Assembly: GCF_036971445.1 (NCBI RefSeq)
Contig: NC_091471.1
Location: 129,332,001-129,396,000, forward strand
Direction of reading: 5' to 3'
Length of the DNA stretch: 64,000 nt
DNA from: Narcine bancroftii
Taxonomy: Eukaryota
Shown piece after piece: positions 51,071 through 64,000 of the stretch; position 1 is the stretch's first letter, and each line of letters begins with the position of its first letter. A model generated the notes under the pieces. It did not search any database. It was not told where the DNA came from and saw only the letters and a list, made by a program, of their open reading frames with translations. A program made the translations under genes and the position numbers.

Positions 51071-51854
51071 TCAGCTTCTATGGTGTTGTGAACAGAGGCT
51101 CTCAAATTTGAAGACTTGGAAAGCTCAGAAATAAGCAAAATTCCACCAAAGTATGATGTAGTCTTCAGAATACTTCCTATTTAAATGCATGGTTCAGCTT
51201 TGAATATGCAGAAAATAGTGTTTCACAAACGCCAAGGTTTGGTGAGGAAATTCCAGTGATACAAACACAGCCTGTCCATTGCATTTTTGACCTTTGGAAT
51301 TGTTTCAATGTCCTTTTCCACTTTCCTTTGTTATTTGGACTTTTCATGGTCTACATTTCCTCAGCTCTCAAATCTTCGCACGAAACTTTGTCAAGACTTT
51401 TAGTTTTTCATGGCGGTCGAGAGGAACTCCAACCTAAAATTTAAACTTATTGCTAAAAGACAACATTATGGTCCATTGATATGGGAGTTTTAATTCAAAT
51501 AAAAATAAATGTTTGTATCATTATATAGTTAGCTGTCGGTCACAGAGGAGCATCGTCGCATTGGGTTTTCCTCTTGAAACTTTTCAAGTTATGAGCGAAG
51601 AGGGTCCATGCAGGGTGGGTCCTCTGAAATCAACACAAGTTAAAAAAGTATGGTTGCTGAGCAGTCGCTCAGGGATGAATGAGAAGATACATAGGTTTCC
51701 TTTTGCCTGGGAGACCTAGAAAACACATGAATATGAATCATACATTTGGGTGGAGCGAGTTACCATGTCAAAAAGTCCTTAGATTTCAGTCAAGAAGCTG
51801 AAGAAGTTATGGAGCAAACAAACAAAACTATTCATATTTAATTAAAGAAAAAAT

Positions 51855-52100
51855 GTAATTTAGAGATAGAGCATGGTATCAGGTCTTTCTGGCCCACAAG
51901 TCTGCGCCGCAAATACACCCATGTGACCAATGAACCTACTAACCCTGTACGTCTTTGAAACGTGTGTAGAAACTGGAGCACCTGAAGGAAACCCATGTGG
52001 ACACATGGAGAATGCTTAAATTCCTTGCAGCCAGTGGCGGATTCAAATCCAGGTTTGCTGGTGCTGTAATAGTGTGCTAATCGCCAAGCTTAACCATACT
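51855..52100 (-). mobile_element. HE1/V-SINE-like SINE
   Basis: Minus-strand B-box-like GGATTTGAATCC, same core and tail as the other copies. Confidence 0.75.
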
Positions 52101-52789
52101 GCTGTCGATTTACTTTTTTTCTGAACATTTTGGTCTTATCTATCATATGTATCTTTATGTAACCTAAATATTTTCTGAAAATATGCATTCATATTTTTTT
52201 CATAAAACAGCCTTATTCACCCTTCCACGGTTGTTTTAAAAAAAGAGCATGAAATTTGACTGCATGTTCACGAAGAGCATTAATGAACACCATCATTTCA
52301 GAACAAATAGGTGTTAAGGTCTAATTTCTCATACTATCTGTTTCCTTACTTACTTGACCTCAAGATACAATTATTTTCATGGATCACACTCTGAGCAGTG
52401 GTCTTTGTAGGAATAATGTCCACTGAGACATCTCTTCTACAAAAAGGTACTTACACACATCTCTAAACTCCTCAGATCTCCAATACAAGTTCACACATGT
52501 GCTTGGCCTTCCCACATGGGGTCAAGGTTATACTTATTCTCAGCTTCCTGGCCTCTAGCTCATGTGAGGAAGGGTCATCCCATTATAGAAGCAGCCCTCT
52601 TCCAATGATTAGTGGATATTCAAACAATAGGAGAGGGATGGAAGAGTGCATATGGGAAGGTGGGGGTGGATGGTGGGGGGTGGGGGGGGTAGTAGAACCT
52701 GTGGAATCAATGCCCCAGGAACTATTTACCTTATTCAATGACAGCTCTGGTAGGATGTTGCCTGAGGAAGTGAGTGTTGTTCCTGAATG

Positions 52790-52925
52790 CCTGCAATAAA
52801 AACAGAAAATGCTGGAAAAGCTGAAAGCTCAGCTGGCCAGAGAGCATCTGTGGAAAGAGAAACAGTCAATGTTTTGGTTCTGCGACCCTTCATCAGAACT
52901 GGGAAAGGAGAAATACAAATTATTT
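52790..52925 (-). repeat. Penelope terminal fragment with hammerhead-like core
   Basis: Minus strand TCTGATGAAGGGTCGCAGAACCAAAACATTGAC. Confidence 0.7.
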
Positions 52926-53764
52926 TTCAGTGGGAGAGAAAGATGTGTGGAGCAAAGTGAATAACTTTTATAGGGTGATGTGAAATATCTGAATGGGAGG
53001 AATCTGTGACAACATAGGTATATAAAAGGAAATATGTTCTTGATAAGGCTGAAGGACATAGCCAGCAAGTTCAGACAATATGAGTAGAATAAGAATAAGT
53101 GAACCAGCATTAAATAAAATATTTTAAAAACTCCACAAGAGCTTCTAAATGCCTCTGACTTTGAGAAGATTTTTCTGCAGCTAAATGCCCTTGTCTTTTC
53201 TGCCTCCTACTTCTGACTGAATGAAAACTCAGAGATTTGCTTCTGGAGGTTCGAGATTTTTTTGACCATTCAAATGGAGCAGTGATGCAATGTAAATTAA
53301 AGAAAAGCCAGCCTTGAATGAGACGAAGGCTAGGAAGCTGAAAGTGAGGGTGTCACTGCTTTGGGAACAGTGAAGGTATGGGTGTGCACTTACACTAGAA
53401 ATTGAATGAGGTCACAAATATGAATGAGGAAACCATGTGGAAGGTAAGTATTTGGTGAGGTGTTGATCAGAAAGTGGAGAGTGTGAAACCTGGATGATTA
53501 TGGTATCCAAAAATCTCTAACAATAAGGCACCAAGCAAAGGTTTGACATGAATACAGTTAGAAACGTGCAAGATTAAACATTGCCATATTTATGGAAATT
53601 TCAACTTGACACATTAGTTTTTCCTGCATGGCATGAACAGATTTCTACCTGTTTTTTTTGCAAAGGACCAATTTTTTTTCTTCAATTCTAAAGATAGTGC
53701 TATGTACTAAATCAGCAGCAATACTAATGACCAAGACAATGCTTTTGGTGAAACTATAATGTAC

Positions 53765-53927
53765 NNNNNNNNNNNNNNNNNNNNNNNNNNNNNNNNNNNN
53801 NNNNNNNNNNNNNNNNNNNNNNNNNNNNNNNNNNNNNNNNNNNNNNNNNNNNNNNNNNNNNNNNNNNNNNNNNNNNNNNNNNNNNNNNNNNNNNNNNNNN
53901 NNNNNNNNNNNNNNNNNNNNNNNNNNN
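53765..53927. other. Assembly gap (163 N)
   Basis: Run of N. Confidence 0.99.
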
Positions 53928-54013
53928 TAAAGTTTAAGCTTGATTTGAGATATAATTTTAAAGTTCAATTCCAAAAAGCATGTGTTGAAATTCAAAGTCT
54001 GTACTGCTGTTCA

Positions 54014-57000
54014 TTTTTTTTAGCCAGAGAAGAGCAAAAGCATTTATTTTTATTTTATTTTTCACACTATGAACCATATTAATCAAAATACACACAAACA
54101 TTTCCCTCTTGAATATACACAGTGTCATTTTCTCCTTTTTTCCCGCTCCCTCCTTCCCACCCCCAACCCATTAAATGCTCAACATATACAATACAATAAA
54201 CCCATTAAACAATGTCATCGCACAATGAAAATAAACAAGAAAATGGTGTCATCTACTTTTATACACTGGATCAGTTCATTTCGTCTTCTTCTCATTCTAT
54301 CATTTTAGAGGGTGGAGGTCCGCGGTAGGCCTTCTCTGTTGTGTTGCATGTACGGTTCCCAAATTTGTTCGAATAATGTGACTTTATTTTTTAAATTATA
54401 TGTTATTTTTTACAATGGATTACATTTATTCATTTCTATGTACCATTGCTGTACTCTCAAGCTTTCTTCTGATTTCCAAGTTGACATAATACATTTTTTT
54501 GCTACGGCTAAGGTTATCATAATAAATCTTTTTTGCGCTTCATCCAGTTTGAGGCCTAATTCTTTACTTCTTATATTACTTAGAAGAAAGATCTCTGGAT
54601 TTTTTGGTATGTTGCTTTTTGTGATTTTATTTAATACCTGATTTAGATCTTCCCAAAACTTTTTCACTTTCTCACATGCCCAAATTGCATGTACGGTTGT
54701 TCCAGTTTCCTTCTTGCCACGAAAACATCTATCTGATAATGTTGGATCCCATTTATTTAACTTATGGGGCGTGATATATAGCCTGTGTAACCAATTATAT
54801 TGTATCATGCGTAACCTCGTATTTATTATATTTCTCATAGTTTCGGAGCATAACTTTTCCCATATTTCATTTTTATCTTTATGTTTAGATCTTTTCCCCA
54901 ATTTTATTTGGGTTTATAGCTTATTTCATGATTTTCTTTCTCTTGTAGCTTGATGTACATGTTCGTTATAAATCTTTCAATTATCATTGTGTCTTTAATC
55001 ACATATTCAAAGCTGCTTCCTTCTGGTAATCTCAGTCTGCTTCCCAATTTGTCCTTTAAGTAGGTTTTTAGTTGGTGGTATGCAAGCATTGTACCATGAG
55101 TTATTCCATAATTGTACTTCATTTGTTCAAATGATAATAAATTATTTCTCCAAAAACAATTTTCTATTCTTTTAATTCCTTTTCTCTCCCATTCTCTAAA
55201 GGAAAGGTTATCTATTGTGAAAGGGATTAGTTGATTTTACGTCAATAATAATTTTGGTAGTTGGTAATTTGTTTTTTTTCTTTCTATGTGAATCGTCTTC
55301 CAAATGTTGAGTAAATGGTGTAGTACTGGTGAACTTCTATATTGCACCAGTTTTTAATTCCATTTATAAAGTATATGTTTCTTCTCCCCTATTTTATCTA
55401 GCTCTATCCTGGTCCAATCCGTTTTTTCCCTTGTTTGATAAAAATCTGATAGATATCTTAATTGTGCTGCTCTATAATAATTTTTAAAGTTTGGTAGCTG
55501 CAAACCACCTTGTTTGTACCATTCTGTTAATTTATCTAGTGCTCTCCTCGGTTTCCCCCCTTTCTATAAGAATTTCCTTATTATTCTCTTTAGTTCATTG
55601 AAGAATTTCTCTGTTAAGGGAATTGGTAACGATTGAAATAGATATTGTATCCTTGGGATCATATTCATTTTAATGCAATTTACCTTTCCTATCAGTGTTA
55701 GTCGTAATTCTTTCGAATGTTCTAAGTCATCCTGTAATTTCTTCATTAATGGCTGATAATTTACTTTGTATAGGTGGCCTGAATTATTATCTAATCTAAT
55801 ACCTAGGTATCGGATTGCTTGTGTTTGCCATTTAGATGGTGATTCTTTCTTAAACTTTGTGAAATCCGCATTATTCCTTGGCATCGCTTCACTTTTATTT
55901 GCGTTGATCTTGTACCCTGATATTTCTCCATATTCCTTCAATTTCTTAGTAATTCTTTTATTGATATTTCTGGTTCTGTTAAGAATACTATGATGTAATC
56001 TGCAAATAAACTGATTTTATATTTCTTCTCTTTTATTTTTATCCCTTTTATTTTATTTTCTGTTCTTATCAGTTCTGCCAATGGTTCTATTGCTAAAGTG
56101 AACAGTGAGGAAGATAGTGGACATCCCTGCCTAGTTGACCTGCTTAATTTAAATTGGTTTGATATATATCCAATTATTGTCACCTTCGGCAATGGTCCTT
56201 TATATAATGCTTTAATCCAATTAATATATTTCTCTGGTAGGTTGGACCTCTGTAATACTTTGAATAAATAATTCCATTCGACCCTGTCAAAGGCTTTCTC
56301 TGTGTCTAAAGCAACAGCCACTGTTGGTATCTTATTTCCTTGTATTGCATGGATTAGGTTAATGAACTTACAGACATTGTCCATTGTTCGTCTTTTCTTA
56401 ATAAATCCAGTTTGATCTAGTTTTACTACTTCTGGTACACAGTCAGCCAATCTGTTTGCTAATAGTTTTGCTATTACCTTATAATCTGAATTAAGTCGAG
56501 ATATTGGTCTATATGATTCTGGTGTTTGTGAATCCTTCCCTGTATTTGGTTTTACTGTAATTATTGCTGTTTTACGTGATCTGGCAAGTTTTGTGTTTCT
56601 TCTATCTGGTTCATTACTTCCAGGCAAGGAGAAATTAATAACTCTTTAAATGTTTTATAGAATTCTATTGGGAGTCCGTCATCTCCAGGCATTTTATTGT
56701 TCGGTAGCTTTTTTAATATATCGTGTATTTCTTCTATTTCAAATGGTTTTATCAATTTGTTTTGCTCCTCTTGCAATTTTGGTAGTTCAATTTTAGCTAA
56801 AAACTCATCTATTTTGTCTTCTTTCCCTTCGTTCTCTGTTCGGTATAATTTTTCACAGAATTCCTTGAATTTTTCATTGATCGCTGTTGGATTATATGTA
56901 ATTTGTTTGTCCTTTTTCCTTGATGCCAATACAGTTCTTTTAGCTTGTTCTGTTTTAAGCTGCCATGCTAGTATTTTGTGCATTTTTTCCTCCTAGCTTA

Positions 57001-60000
57001 TAATACTTCTGCTTTATTTTCATTATGTTCTTCTCCACCTCATACATTTGCAATGTTTTGTATTTTATTTTTTTGTCCGCCAATTCTCTTTTTAGTTGTA
57101 TCTTCCCTTGTTGCTAGTTCTTTTTCTGTACTTACTATTTCCCTTTCCAGCTGTTCTATTTCCCGACTGTAATCATTTTTCATCTTAGTTACATAACTTA
57201 TTATCTTCCCTCTAATGAAGGCTTTCATTGCATCCCATAATATAAATTTGTCTTTCACCGATTCTGTATGTTTTTCAAAGTACATTTTAATTTGGCACTC
57301 AATAAATTCTCTAAATTCCTGTCTTTTAAGTAGGATGGAGTTTAATCTCTATCTATATGTTCTTGGTGAGCTGTTCTATTGCTATTAATAGGGGTGAGTG
57401 ATCAGATAACAATCTAGCTTTATATTCCATTTTCCTAACTCTCCCTTGGATATGGGCTGACAGCAGGAACAGGTCAGTCTTTGAGTACGTTTTATGTCTA
57501 CTCGAATAATATGAGTATCCCTTCTCCTTTGGGTGTTGCCTCCTCCATATATCCAAAAGTTGCATTTCCTGCATTGATTTAACCATAAATTTAGCTACTT
57601 TGTACTTTTTGCTAGTCATTTGTCCAGTTTTATCCATCTTTGGGTTCAAATTAAGGTTAAAGTCCCTTCTTATCAATATATTCCCCTGCATATCTACAAT
57701 CTTCAAAAAAATATCTTGCATAAACTTTTGATCCTCTTCATTAGGTGCATATATATTGACCAAATTACAGAACTGTGAATATATCTGACACTTTATAATT
57801 ACATATCTCCCTGCTAGATCTATTATTTCCTCCTCTATTTTGATTGGTACATTTTTATTGATTAATATAGCTACACCTCTGGCTTTTGAGTTATATGTTG
57901 CTGCCGTTACGTGCCCTACCAAGTCTCTCCTTAATTTATTATGTTCCACTTCAGTTAGATGTGTTTCCTGCACAAATGCTAAATCTATTTTTTTTTCAGT
58001 AAATTTAATAGCCTCTTCCTTTTGATTTGGTTATGTATTCCATTAATATTTATAGTCATATAGTTCAACATGGCCATCTCATTCTGGTTAAACCTTATTT
58101 CCTCTTCCTCACCACCACCTTTCCCACTTTCCATCTCTCAGTTTTCCTTTTTTGAACTCAATGTATGACAACACTTCGAAAACAAAATACTTCAACCACT
58201 CCCACATCTAAAATTCCCTTAACTCCAAGTGTCCCCCCCCTTTTCTGAGTCACCCCTTGTCCCGTGCCGGGCAACCACAACTCCCCTCTCCATTTGGTCT
58301 GTGAACCCGTTTGCCAGTGTCAACTGATTGTGCAGTGACTGTTATTCTCTCCCACCCAACCCCTCCAGAAAAGACTTTTATCTTCACATTAAAACAAAGC
58401 TCTCCTTCCTTTCTTCTCTTTTTTTTTTTAAAAACCTTTCCCCCTCTTCTTTTTTCCCCCCTTCTTACTTATACATTATTTTTTTAATCTTTATATGTAG
58501 TTTGCCATAGTTCTTCAGTCTTGTTACGTCTGTCTTTTTCCTGCAGGCGTTCTGCAAATTTTTGTGCTTTTTCCGGATCCGAGAACAGTCTATTTTGCTG
58601 CCCCGGGATAAATATTTTAAGCACCGCTGGATATCTTAACATAAATTTATAGCCTTTTTTCCATAGGATTGATTTTGCTATGTTAAACTCCTTCCTCTTC
58701 TTTCGGAGTTCAAAACATATGTATGGGTTAAAAAATAAATTGAACTTTGTGCTCCAATGGTTTTTTGTCTCTCATTTTATTAATTGCCTTCTCCAATACA
58801 TTTTCTCTTGTTGTGTATCTCAGTAATTTTACTAAAACAGATCTTGGTTTTTGTTGTGAAAATGGCGTGAAGCAAGGCTGCATTCTCGCACCAACCTTCT
58901 TTTCAATCTTCTTCAGCATTATGCTGAAACAAGCCATGAAAGACCTCATCAATGAAGACGCTGTTTACATCGGGTACTGCACGGATGGCAGTCTCTTCAA
59001 TCTGAGGTACCTGCAAGCTCACACCAAGACACAAGAGCAACTTGTCCGTGAACTACTCTTTGCATATGATGCCGCTTTAGTTGCCCATTCAGAGCCAGCT
59101 CTCCAGCGCATGATGTCCTGTTTTGCGGAAACTGCCAAAATGTTTGGCCTGGAAGTCAGCCTGAAGTAAACTGAGGTCCTCCATCAGCCAGCTCCCCACC
59201 ATGACCACCAGCCCCCCCACATCTCCATCGGGCACACAGAACTCAAACGGTCAACCAGTTTACCTACCTCGGCTGCACCATTTCATCTGATGCAAGGATC
59301 GACAACGAGATAGACAACAGACTCGCCAAGGCAAATAGCGCCTTTGGAAGACTACACAAAAGAGTCTGGAAAAACAACCAACTGAAAAACCTCAAAAGGA
59401 TTAGTGTATACAGAGCCGTTGTCATACCCACACTCCTGTTCAGCTCCGAATCATGGGTTCTCTACCGGCATCACCTATGGCTCCTAGAACGCTTCCACCA
59501 GCGTTGTCTCTGCTCCATCCTCAACATTCATTGGAGTGACTTCATCCCCAACATCGAAGTACTCGAGCTGGCAGAGGCCGACAGCATCGAATCCATGCTG
59601 CTGAAGATCCAACTGCACTGGGTAGGTCACGTCTCCAGAATGGAGGACCATTGTCTTCCCAAGATCGTGTTATATGGTGAGCTCTCCACTGGCCACCATG
59701 ACAGAGGTGCACCAAAGAAGAGGTACAAGGACTGCCTAAAGAAATCGCTTGGTGCCTGCCACATTGACCACTGCCAGTGGGCTGATATCACCTCAAACCA
59801 TGCATCTTGGTGCCTCACAGTTCTGCAGGCAGCAACCTCCTTTGAAGAAGACGACAGAGCCCACCTCACTGACAAAAGACAAAGGAGGAAAAACCCAACA
59901 CCCAACCCCAACCAACCAATTTTCCCTTGCAACCGTGTCTGCCTGTCCTGCATCGGACTTGTCAGCCACAAACGAGCCTGCAGCTGACGTGGACATTACC

Positions 60001-61196
60001 CCTCCATAAATCTTTGTCCGCGAAGCCAAGCCAAAGAAAGAAGAGAAGGGTTTCAGGGCTAGTGTTCTGTGTGCCTTTTCTATTTCCATTCCTTCCTGCA
60101 TTTCTGGCATTCCCAGAAATTTTGGGATCCATTCTTTTATAAATTCTTTCATATCTTTGCCTTCATCTTCCTTTAGGCCCCCCATCTTTATATTGTTTCA
60201 TCTACTATAGTTTTCCATTATATCCATCTTCTAAGCTAACAACTCTTGTGATTTTTAACTTTGTCACCATTTTCCAATTTTCTTTTTAAGTCATTCACTT
60301 CCAATTCTACAGCCATTACTCATTCTTCCACATTTTCTAATTCTTTCCCTGCATCTGTTATGACCAGCTCTATTCTATTCACCTTTTCTTCTGTACTTTT
60401 CATTTCACTAAATTCTAGTGTCAAACATTCTTTTAATGCTTTCATTTGTTCTTGAATTTTTTTTTTAAAATCTATGTACTGTCCATTCATTTTACCTTCT
60501 GTACAAAGCTTGGTGCTCTTCTTCTGTGTCTACTCTTGGGTTTGCGTCTTCTACTTCTCTTCCTTGTATCTGCATCTCTTCTGACTTTCTTTTTGGGCTG
60601 CTTGCCTCCGTTTGTTGTTTCTTGATGTTGGTCCTCTTCTTCTGGGTTAGTTATCTGTTGGGCCTCCTGCTGCTGTTTTTCTTTCTTATCACTCCCTTTC
60701 CCGTTGCTTTCCTCTTCTTCCAGCCGAGAGCCCTACTGTCGGGCATCTCTCAGCTGGTCATGCTGTGTAGGTTCACTCGACAGCTGAGCCCCCCTTTCAT
60801 CAGTGTTTTTTTTAAACTTTTCCTTGTTGTGCCCATTGCGCACCTCTGTTTGGCTCAGTGAGCCATTTTTTTTGCAGTCCTGCGGTCGGGAGGTCGCGAC
60901 CCTGTGGAGTCTCCACTAAGCTCGGGGAGCGGGCTGCTCTGTCCATGGCTGCTCCCCGCTTCTTCATACAGGTAAGGCCTTCCCCTTTCCTCTTTCGGCA
61001 TCTTTCCTTTTTTTCCCCCCGCTGTTTTTGTTTTTTTCTTTCTTAGGTGCCATTTTCTTTTTTTTCTCCACACCTTTATCTTTTATTTGTTGTGTTTTTT
61101 TTTTGTTTCTTGAGCTTTGTGTTTCCTTCACTTTTTACTTATTTTCTGGAGAGGGCTGGTATTCTCCTACTGGCCACTACTCCATCACATGACTCC
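54014..61196 (-). mobile_element. Full-length L1-clade LINE (frameshifted) with 19-bp TSD, interrupted by RTE
   Basis: 5' GGAGTCATGTGATGG; ORF1; EN 57353-57973 (QETHL, NIYAPN, LLSDHSP); RT (LDTEKAFDRVEW, RQGCPLS, ISLFADY); C-terminal DRCFR...HAIWAC; TSD AAGTCT(G/T)TACTGCTGTTCA at 53995-54013 and 61197-61215. Confidence 0.95.
58859..60046 (+). mobile_element. RTE LINE copy 3, 5'-truncated, inserted antisense in L1 ORF1
   Basis: NGVKQGCILAPT...; splits the L1 ORF1 peptide AHRTLALKP / QQKPRSVL. Confidence 0.95.
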
Positions 61197-61858
61197 AAGT
61201 CTTTACTGCTGTTCAAAAGTAATTATGGAGCAAGTGTGAGGCATCAGGTTTCTTCAAATTGTTGCTCAAAGGCAATAAAGTATTTTGAAACTTCAAGTCA
61301 TCAGTCCTCTTTACAGCTCAAATTTCTTTTGTAGAGTTGTTTTCAAAGCAATGTTTCTTTAGATAAACAATTTTCTCCTCTTGCATGGAGATTTTGGAAT
61401 CTGTGTTCATGTGATAAATCCATTCTCTTTTCAAAGAGATAGCGATGTGGTTATTTTCTTCCATGATTATTTCATGAACCCAGACAGGAGCTACAAAAAT
61501 GAGCCCATAGAATTAGTCCTCTTTTCCAAAGAAACAGCTAAGTGGCTAAGTGGCTAAATTCTTCAGAACCACTTTTTCAGTGTTCTTCCTTTTCATAAGG
61601 AGAAGTAAGCAGCCTTTTATTACTGCATTTCAATCTCGACTTACTTACAGGATGTTCAAGTGCCTTCAGGGGCTGGATGTTCCAGGCATCATCTTCTGGT
61701 TTCAAAATACCTCTGGTTCCAGTAATATGTTTCTCTCCAAAAATCTCATCACATGTGACATCATTTAGGTTTCTGTTTCATTTATCCAAAAGCATAAATC
61801 GTGGCAGATGGCCTTTTGACATTTTTGACATTACTTCACATATATGCTGCACATATAT

Positions 61859-62633
61859 GGCTGCACCATTTCATCAGATGCAAGGATCGACAACGAGATA
61901 GACAACAGACTCGCCAAGGCAAATAGCGCCTTTGGAAGACTACACAAAAGAGTCTGGAAAAACAACCAACTGAAAAACCTCAAAGATAAGCATATACAGA
62001 GCCGTTGTCATACCCACACTCCTGTTTGGCTCCGAATCATGGGTCCTCTACCGGCATCACCTACAGCTCCTAGAATGCTTCCACCAGCGTTGTCTCCGCT
62101 CCATCCTCAACATCCATTGGAGCGCTTTCATCCCTAACGTCGAAGTACTCGAGATGGCAGAGGTCGACAGCATCGAGTCCACGCTGCTGAAGATCCAGCT
62201 GCGCTGGGTGGGTCACGTCTCCAGAATGGAGGACCATCGCCTTCCCAAGATCGTGTTATATGGCGAGCTCTCCACTGGCCACCGTGACAGAGGTGCACCA
62301 AAGAAAAGGTACAAGGACTGCCTAAAGAAGTCTCTTGGTGCCTGCCACATTGACCACCGCCAGTGGGCTGATATCACCTCAAACCGTGCATCTTGGCGCC
62401 TCACAGTTTGGCGGGCAGCAACCTCCTTTGAAGAAGACCACAGAGCCCACCTCACTGACAAAAGGCAAAGGAGGAAAAACCCAACACCCAACCCCAACCA
62501 ACCAATTTTCCACTGCAACCGCTGTAACCGTGTCTGCCTGTCCTGCATCGGACTTGTCAGTCACAAACGTGCCTGCAGCTGACGTGGACATTTACCCCCT
62601 CCATAAATCTTCGTCCGCGAAGCCAAGCCAAAG
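61859..62633 (+). mobile_element. RTE LINE copy 4, 5'-truncated, 11-bp TSD
   Basis: GCTISSDARIDNEIDNRLAKA...; TSD ACATATATGCT at 61838-61848 and 62634-62644. Confidence 0.95.
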
Positions 62634-63264
62634 ACATATATGCTAAAATCATCTCTGCCAGAAGTTTAAGTGTTAACCAGCTGGCAGCATCTCCTGAGCA
62701 AATGCCTATTGTTTTGTGTTCTCAATGGATAATAGTCATAAGACTTTAATGACTGCCAACAGGTTTTTGAATTAGCGGTCACCCAGCCTTTTTAAGTAAA
62801 CAAGCTCCCAGCATAACAATGGCTTAAACAGACTTTTCATCTTCACAAATTGGGGCTTTCTGAATATACAAGGGACTGTGGTGCCTGTAAAATGCAAATA
62901 TGCTCTGACAACCCAAAAACTAACTTTATTAAAAATATATATTTTACAACTAATGATATTAGCTATAAAGATTAATATTAACACAAATCTGTTGCAACAT
63001 TGAGAAAATTTCCCACCATACACAGCTAGATTGAGGGTGGTATCAAAGCCCCTCCATTACTTCAGTCTAAGGGTCCTGATCCAAAATGTTTACTGACCAT
63101 TTCTCTCTATGGATGCTCTCTGACCCATTGAGTGACCAGGGCTTCTTGTTGTTTGTTGCCTCCATTTACTTCACCTGAGGAACATGATTATTCAATGTTG
63201 GAGTTGTTTACTGTTTAGTGTCCAATGTATCAGGATACAGTTAAAATCTTGGTTTTGTTTGTAA

Positions 63265-64000
63265 TGAATCTGAATCATGATTATTATCAGGACTATGTGT
63301 CACAAAATTTGCTATTTTGCAGCAGCAGTATTGTGCAAAACATGTTGCAACATTCTTATAAATTACAATTTCATAAGTACAAGATTTAAAACAACAATTA
63401 CTATTAAAAAAATACAATGTGAGGTTGTGTCCATAGGTGTATGGTCCATTCTGAAAGGGGGAGAGGTTGCTTTTGAAATCTTGAGTGTATGCCTTCGGGC
63501 TCCTGTCCCTCCTTCTTGATGGTAGCAGTGAGAAAAGGCCAAGGCTGGGTGGTGAGGGTCCTGGATGAGAGAGGCTACTTTCTTGAGACATCACCTCTTA
63601 AAGAGCTCCCTTATGGAGTGAAGGCTAATGCCTATGATGGTGGAGGCCAAGTTTACAACCCTCTGTAGCCTTTTCCTGTCCTGTACATGCATCTCTATAC
63701 CAGACTGATGTAACCAGTCAGAATGCTCTCCACATTACATTTGTAGTAATTTTCAGGAGACTTTGTTGACATACCAAATCTCTTCAAACTCCTAATGAAA
63801 TATGGCCACTGATGTGCTTTCAACAGGATTGTATCGACAATGGCCCTACAATTGATAGGTCTTCAGAGATATTGATACCCAGGAATTTGAAGTTTCTTAC
63901 CCTCTCCACTGCTGACCCTTTGATGAGGACTGGTTTATGTTCTCCAGGTTTCATTTCCTGAAGTCCACAGTCAATTCTTTAAATTTGTTGATATTGAGTC
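63265..64000 (-). mobile_element. Rex1/Babar-type LINE 3' portion (runs off window)
   Basis: Minus strand PVLIKGSAVERVRNFKFLGINISEDL; GATTCA-type tail at about 63266; homologous to 28050-28670. Confidence 0.85.

Noticed and set aside
51240-51720. Minus-strand exons after TTTTCTAG and ATTTTAG acceptors
   Set aside because: All frames hit stops within about 45 codons and no product is recognisable
27775-53927. The three N-runs (129, 153, 163 nt) as masked exons
   Set aside because: Flanks do not give consistent AG/GT pairs on either strand; treated as assembly gaps

Overview
Eukaryotic, AT-rich, repeat-saturated DNA with three assembly gaps. The repeat complement (HE1/V-SINE-like SINEs, CR1 with esterase ORF1, Penelope-like elements, Rex1/Babar, L1, RTE, Gypsy) points to a cartilaginous fish, probably a ray; this is inferred from pattern recognition only. 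I can recognise no host protein-coding gene, tRNA or rRNA. Every ORF I can assign to a protein family is a decayed retroelement ORF. Main contents: a 3'-truncated + strand L1 (2434-9088) with several nested insertions, fused tail-to-tail to a - strand L1; a full-length - strand L1 (54014-61196) with a 19-bp TSD; four 5'-truncated RTE copies, all on +; four Gypsy remnants; two solo LTRs; Penelope bodies and terminal hairpins with hammerhead-like cores; and two tandem arrays. The best leads are mechanistic: (1) a Gypsy element with no tRNA PBS but a 14-nt fold-back onto its own LTR poly(A) signal; (2) hammerhead-like motifs inside Penelope-derived hairpins; (3) an apparent L1 3' transduction; (4) an inverted C-terminal fragment replacing an L1 RT catalytic motif. 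I do not see evidence for a new multi-gene system.
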